Source: Prevotella sp. (lineage in GTDB: Bacteria; Bacteroidota; Bacteroidia; Bacteroidales; Bacteroidaceae). Taken from it: DNA of 64,000 bases. The translations under genes and the position numbers were made by a program. The stretch spans positions 4,805-68,804 of the forward strand of contig JAFTFO010000017.1 of assembly GCA_017449495.1 (NCBI GenBank), read 5' to 3'. The notes beneath the pieces are model-generated. The model was not told the origin of the DNA. It did not search any database and worked only from the letters and a program-made list of their open reading frames with translations. Numbering within the stretch: the stretch's first letter is position 1; each line of letters starts with the position of its first letter. Below are positions 57,516-64,000 of this stretch, one piece after another.

Positions 57516-59361
57516 ATACAGAAAACTGACACAAACTGAGATTGAGGTCTTAGAGAATAATGTCTGCTGGGCCGAGGACTGGCAGCGCGTGATGGTGGCC
57601 GATGGCTTCAAGCCTTATAACTTCCACCGAGTGATATTCTATGGCGACATCCGCTTAGGTGAGTTCAACAAGCAGGTGGAGGTGTCGAAAGGCTTCTTCA
57701 AACACTCGGGCATCAACGATACCACGCTGCGAAACGTGACCGTCGGCAACGACTGCCTGATCGAGAAGGTAGGCAACTACATCAACAACTATACCATCGG
57801 CAACGACTGTTATATCTCGAATATCTGCACGTTGGAGACCACCGACGACGCTACCTTCGGCGAAGGCAGTGTGATCAGTGTGCTTAACGAGATGGGTGAC
57901 GGCAATGTCACCATCTTCCGGGAACTGAACTCACAGCTGGCCTCCTTCATGGTGAAGCATAACCAGGACAAGGAACTGCGGCAGACGCTCCACCAGATGA
58001 TCGAAGACGAACTCCGTGTGTCACGTCCTGATCGCGGTTACATCGGCAATAATGTGAAGATCATCAATGCCAAGGATATCACGAACACCATCATCAAGGG
58101 CGACTGCGAGATTAGCGGCGCTGCTCGTTTGAGTGAGTGTACGGTGATGAGCTCGATGGACGCCCCGGTATTTATTGGTACGGGCGTTATCTGTGAGAAC
58201 TCTATCATCTGCGATGGCTGTTCGATTAACAACTCTGTGAAGATGCAAGACTGCTTTGTGGGTGAGGCCTGTCAGATTACCAATGGCTTCACGGCCGAGG
58301 CCAGTCTCTTCTTTGCCAACTCGTTTATGGCCAATGGCGAGGCTTGTGCGGCCTTCTGTGGCCCGTTCTCGGCCTCGCATCACAAGAGCTCTCTGCTCAT
58401 CGGAGGCGAGTTCTCATTCTATAATGCAGGCTCGAACACGAACTTCTCGAACCACGCCTATAAGATGGGTCCGCTGCACTGGGGAACTTTAGAGCGTGGT
58501 ACGAAGACCGCCTCGGGTGCCTATATCCTGATGCCGGCGACTATCGGTGCCTTCAGTGTGTGCTTCGGTAAGCTGATGCACCATCCCGATACTCGTAATC
58601 TGCCCTTCTCCTATCTCATCAACTATGGTGAGACCATGACGTTGGTGCCAGGCCGTAACATCACTACCGTAGGCCTCTATCGTGATATCAAGAAGTGGCC
58701 GAAGCGTGACAAGCGCTCGAAGCAGTCGAAGAAGAGTATTATCAACTTCGACTGGCTCTCGCCCTTCACCGTGGGAGAGATTATGCAGGGCATTGAGATA
58801 CTGAAGGCTCTGCGTGAGGCGTCAGGCGACAATGTGTCGACCTACAACTTCCATGAGTACGTGATCAATGCCTCGTCGTTGCAGAAGGGACTGAAATATT
58901 ATGATATTGCCCTGCGCATCTATATGGGAGCCGTGCTGAAGCGTGCCCAGAAGGAAGGCTATATCGGACAGCCGGTGAACGCTACGGGCAAGGGACGCTG
59001 GATTGATCTCAGCGGTTTGCTGTTGCCGGAGAGTGAGGAACAGCGCCTGATCAGTGACATTAAGTCGGGTGACCTCGATAATATCCAACAGGTGCTTGAC
59101 CGATTCACAGATATCAACAACCACTATCCTGACTATCGTTGGGCATGGAGTTATCAGATGATCCTCGACTATTACCACCTTGATGCCCTTGATGCTGAGG
59201 CCTGTGAACATATCCGTCAGGACTATGTGAAGGCTCGTCGTGCGTGGATTGCCGAGATTCGTAAGGATGCGGAGAAGGAGTACGCCATGGGCGATGTGGA
59301 GAAGGAAGTATTCGATGAATTCGTGGAGAAACTCGATCATGAGGTCGATTATGAGAACTAA
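57508..59361 (+). CDS. Conserved Bacteroidota protein with beta-helix-like repeats (DUF4954-like)
   Basis: Start ATG 57508 (MTEYRKL). Hexapeptide-like IGNDCYI, VGNDCLI and IGNNVKI repeats, GPFSASHHKSSLLI, SNHAYKMGP. Confidence 0.72.
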   Translation: MTEYRKLTQTEIEVLENNVCWAEDWQRVMVADGFKPYNFHRVIFYGDIRLGEFNKQVEVSKGFFKHSGINDTTLRNVTVGNDCLIEKVGNYINNYTIGNDCYISNICTLETTDDATFGEGSVISVLNEMGDGNVTIFRELNSQLASFMVKHNQDKELRQTLHQMIEDELRVSRPDRGYIGNNVKIINAKDITNTIIKGDCEISGAARLSECTVMSSMDAPVFIGTGVICENSIICDGCSINNSVKMQDCFVGEACQITNGFTAEASLFFANSFMANGEACAAFCGPFSASHHKSSLLIGGEFSFYNAGSNTNFSNHAYKMGPLHWGTLERGTKTASGAYILMPATIGAFSVCFGKLMHHPDTRNLPFSYLINYGETMTLVPGRNITTVGLYRDIKKWPKRDKRSKQSKKSIINFDWLSPFTVGEIMQGIEILKALREASGDNVSTYNFHEYVINASSLQKGLKYYDIALRIYMGAVLKRAQKEGYIGQPVNATGKGRWIDLSGLLLPESEEQRLISDIKSGDLDNIQQVLDRFTDINNHYPDYRWAWSYQMILDYYHLDALDAEACEHIRQDYVKARRAWIAEIRKDAEKEYAMGDVEKEVFDEFVEKLDHEVDYEN

Positions 59362-59365
59362 AGAT

Positions 59366-62266
59366 ATGAAGAAGTTATTATTGTTGTTATGCCTGATGGC
59401 ACTCGGGATGAGTACACAGGCGAAGGATTATAAGTATGAGACGGTAGAGGGGGACTTGATGAAGACCCGCATCTATACGCTCGACAACGGACTAAAGGTG
59501 TATCTCTCGGTGAATCCCGAGAAACCGCGTATTCAGACTTATATTGCTGTACGGACTGGTTCGAAGAACGACCCCGCGGAAACCACTGGACTGGCCCACT
59601 ATCTGGAGCATTTGATGTTTAAGGGCACCAGTCAGTTTGGTACGAACAACCCAGAGGCAGAGGCCCCGTTGCTTAACGAGATTACGGAGCGCTACGAGGC
59701 TTATCGTAAGCTTACTGATCCAGAGGCCCGTAAACAGGCATATCATGAGATAGACTCCGTGTCGCAACTCGCAGCCCAGTACTTCATTCCCAATGAGTAC
59801 GACAAGCTGATGGCTACCATCGGTGCTGAGGGGACGAATGCTTATACCTCGAACGATGTGACCTGCTATACGGAGGATATCCCCTCGAACGAGATCGAGA
59901 ACTGGGCAAAGATCCAGGCTGACCGTTTCCAGAACATGGTGATCCGCGGCTTCCATACAGAGCTGGAGGCTGTGTATGAGGAGTATAACATCGGCCTGAG
60001 CAGCGACATGCGGAAACTGTTTGCCGTATGTAGCAAGATGCTTTGGCCGACTCATCCATACGGACTACAGACGACCATTGGTACACAGGAGCATCTGAAG
60101 AATCCTTCGATCGTGAATATCAAGAACTATTTCAATAAGTGGTATGTGCCTAACAATGTGGCCATCTGTATGGCTGGTGATATGGATATGGACAAGACCA
60201 TCGCCATCATCGACAAGTATTTCTCCAGTTGGAAGCCTGGCAAGGATGTGGCACAGCCCACTTTCGCCCCGCTGCCCCCGCTGACGGCACCGAAGGATAC
60301 CACCATCGTCGGCCAGGAAGCCGAGCAGATATGGGTGGCCTGGCGGGCTAAGCAGGCGAACGCTCTGCAGGCCGATACCCTGGAGTTGATGGAGGATGTG
60401 TTGAGTAACGGACGTGCCGGACTTTTCGACCTCGACCTGAACCAGACGATGAAGGTGCAGCGAGCCAATGGTGGTGCAGAGTTGTTGCATGATCATGGTG
60501 GCTTTCTGCTGATGGGTACACCTAAGCAGGGGCAGAGCCTTGACGAGGTGAAAGACCTGATGATGGCAGAGATTGACAAACTGAAGAAGGGGGACTTCCC
60601 TGACAACCTGCTGCCCAGCATCATCAACAATAAGAAACGCAGCTATTACGGCCTGTTGGAGAGCAATCGAGGTCGTGCCGATATGTTCGTCGATGCCTTT
60701 ATCAACGAAGTGGACTGGCAGCAGGAAGTGGGTCGCATCGACCGTATCTCGAAGATCACCAAGGATCAGTTGGTAGCCTTTGCTAATCAGTTCTTTTCTG
60801 AAGGCTATATCACTGTCTATAAGAAGCAGGGCGTAGACTCTACTCAGAAGAAGATCGACAAGCCTGCTATCACGCCGATACCTGCCAACCGCGACCAGAT
60901 GAGTCAGTTTGTCCAGGATATCCAGAACTCACTGGTGGAGCCGATTCAGCCGAAGTTCGTCGACTTCCAGAAGGATATGGCTACCCTGAAGACCAAGAAT
61001 CAGTTGCCGCTCTACTATGTGAAGAACAACGAGAACGGCCTGTTCAACCTCGCCTTCTATTATGAATTTGGTCAGAGTGCAGACAACCGCTACGACGTGG
61101 CATCCGACTATATCCGATATATCGGCACAGACAAGATGACTGCTGCCCAACTGAAGCAGCGGTTCTATGAGTTGGCCTGTGACTGGAATGTGAACGTGGG
61201 TACGGAGAATATCGCGATCACACTGCAGGGACTCAGTGAGAATATGCCTCAGGCACTCGCCCTGCTCGAAGACCTCCTGCAGAATGCCAAGGCCGACAAG
61301 GGAGCTTACGACGAGATGGTCAACCTGACCCTGAAGCGCCGTGAGGACGTGAAGAAGGACCAGCGCAGCTATTTCTCTTATCTCTATCAGTATGGCACCG
61401 TTGGCGAGCGTAACGGTTACCGCGACGTGATGAGTGCCCAGCAGTTGAAGGACACTGATCCGCAAGTGTTCGTTGACCTGTTGAAGGGACTCGCTAACTA
61501 CCAGCATCGCGTGGCCTATTATGGTCCGATGGGCGAGAATGAAGTATCGGCTCTGATCAGTCAGACCCATCGTGCGGCCAAGCAGTTGGCGGCTGTTCCC
61601 CAAAACAATCCCTATCTTGAGCAGCTTGCTACCAAGAGTGAGGTGCTCATCGCTCCCTACGATGCCAAGAACATCTATATGCGACTGTACAACAACGAGG
61701 GTCGTAGCTGGAACCCAGAGGAGGCTGCCGTACAGGAAGTCTTTAACGAATATTTCGGTGGTGGTATGAACGGTATCGTGTTCCAGGAGATGCGTGAGGC
61801 TCGTGGACTGGCCTATAACGCTTTCGCCTACTACTATTCACCCAGTTGGAAGGATCGTAAGGAATTTGCGATGGCCCATATCATCACGCAGAACGACAAG
61901 ATGGCCGACTGCATCACTCACTTCAAGGAGATTATCGACGAGATGCCTGTCAGTGAGACCGCCTTCCAGATTGCCAAGGATGCCGTCACCAAGCGGCTTG
62001 CCAGTGAGCGCACCACGAAGATTGGTATCTTCTATTCTTGGCTGTCGGCCCAGAAACTGGGACTTACGGGTAGTCTGAACGAGGTGATCTATAAGAATCT
62101 GCCGAAGGTGACCTTGCAAGACATCGTGGGCTTCGAGAAACAGACGATGGCTAATAAGGCTTATCGTTACATCATTCTCGGCGACGAGAAGGAGCTCGAT
62201 ATGAATGTTCTGGAGAAGATCGGACCCGTCAAGCGGCTCACGACAGAAGAAGTGTTTGGATATTAA
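59366..62266 (+). CDS. M16 (insulinase-like) zinc metallopeptidase, exported
   Basis: Start likely ATG 59366 (MKKLLLLL). Inverted zinc motif HYLEH, NAYTS, and FQEMREARGLAY in the C-half. Confidence 0.92.
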   Translation: MKKLLLLLCLMALGMSTQAKDYKYETVEGDLMKTRIYTLDNGLKVYLSVNPEKPRIQTYIAVRTGSKNDPAETTGLAHYLEHLMFKGTSQFGTNNPEAEAPLLNEITERYEAYRKLTDPEARKQAYHEIDSVSQLAAQYFIPNEYDKLMATIGAEGTNAYTSNDVTCYTEDIPSNEIENWAKIQADRFQNMVIRGFHTELEAVYEEYNIGLSSDMRKLFAVCSKMLWPTHPYGLQTTIGTQEHLKNPSIVNIKNYFNKWYVPNNVAICMAGDMDMDKTIAIIDKYFSSWKPGKDVAQPTFAPLPPLTAPKDTTIVGQEAEQIWVAWRAKQANALQADTLELMEDVLSNGRAGLFDLDLNQTMKVQRANGGAELLHDHGGFLLMGTPKQGQSLDEVKDLMMAEIDKLKKGDFPDNLLPSIINNKKRSYYGLLESNRGRADMFVDAFINEVDWQQEVGRIDRISKITKDQLVAFANQFFSEGYITVYKKQGVDSTQKKIDKPAITPIPANRDQMSQFVQDIQNSLVEPIQPKFVDFQKDMATLKTKNQLPLYYVKNNENGLFNLAFYYEFGQSADNRYDVASDYIRYIGTDKMTAAQLKQRFYELACDWNVNVGTENIAITLQGLSENMPQALALLEDLLQNAKADKGAYDEMVNLTLKRREDVKKDQRSYFSYLYQYGTVGERNGYRDVMSAQQLKDTDPQVFVDLLKGLANYQHRVAYYGPMGENEVSALISQTHRAAKQLAAVPQNNPYLEQLATKSEVLIAPYDAKNIYMRLYNNEGRSWNPEEAAVQEVFNEYFGGGMNGIVFQEMREARGLAYNAFAYYYSPSWKDRKEFAMAHIITQNDKMADCITHFKEIIDEMPVSETAFQIAKDAVTKRLASERTTKIGIFYSWLSAQKLGLTGSLNEVIYKNLPKVTLQDIVGFEKQTMANKAYRYIILGDEKELDMNVLEKIGPVKRLTTEEVFGY

Positions 62267-62289
62267 CCAATAATTAAGCAAATACATTT

Positions 62290-63942
62290 ATGGCTAAGAC
62301 AGTAGAATTCAAGTATGCCCCGATGTTTCAGATGGGCGAGGACAAGACGGAATACCGCTTGTTGAGTAAGGAAGGCGTAACGACCGCCGAGTTTGAAGGA
62401 AAGACGATTGTGAAGGTCTCGAAGGAGGCTCTGACATTGTTGGCCCAGCAGGCTTTCCACGATGTGGAGTTCATGCTGCGCCGTGAGCACAACCTACAGG
62501 TGGCAGCTATCCTCAGCGATCCTGAGGCCAGTGAGAACGATAAGTATGTGGCTCTGCAGTTCCTGCGCAATGCCGAGGTGGCTGCCCGTGGCATTCTGCC
62601 TTTCTGTCAGGATACGGGTACGGCCATCATCCACGGTGAAAAAGGCCAGCAGGTGTGGACGGGCTTCGAGGACGAAGAGGCTCTGAGCTTAGGTGTGTTC
62701 AACACCTTCACCCAGGACAACCTGCGCTATTCGCAGAACGCTCCGCTGAATATGTACGACGAGGTGAACACCCGTTGCAACCTCCCTGCCCAGATTGATA
62801 TCGAGGCTACGGAGGGGGCTGAATACCGCTTCGTGATGGTTGCCAAGGGCGGTGGCTCTGCCAACAAGACCTACTTCTATCCCATGACCAAGGCCACGAT
62901 CCAGAACGAGGGTACGCTGATTCCGTTCCTCGTGGAGAAGATGAAGAGTCTCGGTACGGCAGCCTGTCCACCGTATCACATTGCCTTCGTGATTGGTGGT
63001 ACCAGCGCAGAGAAGAACCTGCTGACGGTGAAACTCGCCTCCATCAAGTACTACGACAATCTGCCTACCACAGGCGACGAGACTGGTCGTGCCTTCCGTG
63101 ACATCGACCTCGAGAACAAACTGCTCGAAGAGGCTCATAAGATTGGCCTCGGTGCCCAGTTCGGTGGTAAGTATCTGGCTCACGACATCCGTGTTGTCCG
63201 TCTGCCTCGCCACGGTGCAAGTTGTCCGATAGGTATGGGCGTCAGTTGCTCTGCCGACCGTAACATCAAGGCCAAGATCAATGCCGATGGTATCTGGCTG
63301 GAGAAGATGGATGCCAATCCTTCTGAACTGATTCCTGCAGAATATGCCAAGGCTGGCGAAGGTCAGAACACCATCGAGATCGACCTCAACGAGGGTATCG
63401 ATGCTGTGCGCAAGGAATTGTCTAAGTATCCCGTCTCTACCCGTGTGAACCTGAAGGGTACCATCATCGTGGCACGCGATATCGCCCACGCCAAGCTGAA
63501 GGCCCGTATCGATGCTGGTAAGCCGATGCCCGACTACTTCAAGAAGTATCCTGTGCTCTATGCCGGCCCCGCCAAGACTCCTGAGGGCTATCCTTGTGGT
63601 TCGATGGGCCCGACAACGGCTAACCGTATGGATCCCTATGTGGACGAGTTCCAGTCGTTGGGTGCTTCGCTCGTGATGATTGCCAAAGGTAACCGCAGCG
63701 ACGTGGTGACGGAAGCTTGTAAGAAGTATGGTGGCTTCTATCTGGGAAGCATCGGTGGCGTGGCTGCTGTCCTCTCTCAGAGCAGCATCAAGAGCATCGA
63801 GTGCGTAGAGTATCCTGAACTCGGCATGGAGGCTATCTGGAAGATTGATGTGGAAGACTTCCCCGCCTTCATCCTCGTCGATGACAAGGGTAACGACTTC
63901 TTCAAGACCTTGAAGCCCTGGTGCCCGAATTGTAAGAAGTGA
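62290..63942 (+). CDS. fumB: Class I (Fe-S) fumarate hydratase
   Basis: 550 aa. [45 protein letters not shown]. Confidence 0.92.
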   Translation: MAKTVEFKYAPMFQMGEDKTEYRLLSKEGVTTAEFEGKTIVKVSKEALTLLAQQAFHDVEFMLRREHNLQVAAILSDPEASENDKYVALQFLRNAEVAARGILPFCQDTGTAIIHGEKGQQVWTGFEDEEALSLGVFNTFTQDNLRYSQNAPLNMYDEVNTRCNLPAQIDIEATEGAEYRFVMVAKGGGSANKTYFYPMTKATIQNEGTLIPFLVEKMKSLGTAACPPYHIAFVIGGTSAEKNLLTVKLASIKYYDNLPTTGDETGRAFRDIDLENKLLEEAHKIGLGAQFGGKYLAHDIRVVRLPRHGASCPIGMGVSCSADRNIKAKINADGIWLEKMDANPSELIPAEYAKAGEGQNTIEIDLNEGIDAVRKELSKYPVSTRVNLKGTIIVARDIAHAKLKARIDAGKPMPDYFKKYPVLYAGPAKTPEGYPCGSMGPTTANRMDPYVDEFQSLGASLVMIAKGNRSDVVTEACKKYGGFYLGSIGGVAAVLSQSSIKSIECVEYPELGMEAIWKIDVEDFPAFILVDDKGNDFFKTLKPWCPNCKK

Positions 63943-64000
63943 AGATTCTGAGGATATTATGTATCATGTTGCTGGCTCTGGCTGTCTCTACAGCCAGAGC
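63939..64000 (+). CDS. Partial CDS: N-terminal signal peptide of an exported protein running off the window
   Basis: GTG overlaps the fumarase stop (GTGA). Translates [20 protein letters not shown], a typical Sec signal. Confidence 0.5.
   Translation, partial: MKILRILCIMLLALAVSTAR

Noticed and set aside
18428-63489. Long opposite-strand ORFs (e.g. 18428-19405, 50107-50916, 54257-55144, 62689-63489)
   Set aside because: Each lies fully antisense to a well-supported gene, has no recognisable motifs, and is expected from GC-rich codon bias.
1-64000. tRNA, rRNA, transposase, integrase or prophage genes
   Set aside because: None recognised. Intergenic gaps are short and accounted for, though small RNAs cannot be excluded without covariance-model searches.

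Overview
A 64 kb chromosomal window from a Bacteroidota bacterium, most likely Prevotella-like. This assignment is inferred from TAnnTTTG promoter boxes, AT-rich leaders without Shine-Dalgarno sites, UpxY, and GH67/GH97 genes. It holds housekeeping genes (a saccharopine/carboxyspermidine dehydrogenase, nhaD, cysK, frr, rsgA, mnmA, nagB, hflX, class I fumarase), peptidases (S9, M16), glycoside hydrolases (GH67, GH97), an SPFH/Arc operon, two tandem CotH-kinase-like secreted proteins and a ~22 kb UpxY-led Wzx/Wzy polysaccharide locus. The most striking feature is an operon of four sensor histidine kinases (2856-12640) with no response regulator. It is built as a duplicated two-gene module in which the first gene lacks the phospho-acceptor His (Tyr or Phe instead) and the second keeps it. 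One pair carries amino-acid-binding-type periplasmic domains and the other has almost no periplasmic domain. Other notable items: a 98-bp direct repeat bracketing an AT-rich CotH paralog, two intergenic palindrome arrays with an exact 22-bp period, and an ATP-grasp/HAD pair where an acetyltransferase is expected in a 4-amino-sugar pathway. No rRNA, tRNA, CRISPR array or transposase was recognised. All family assignments come from motif recognition by eye, not database searches.
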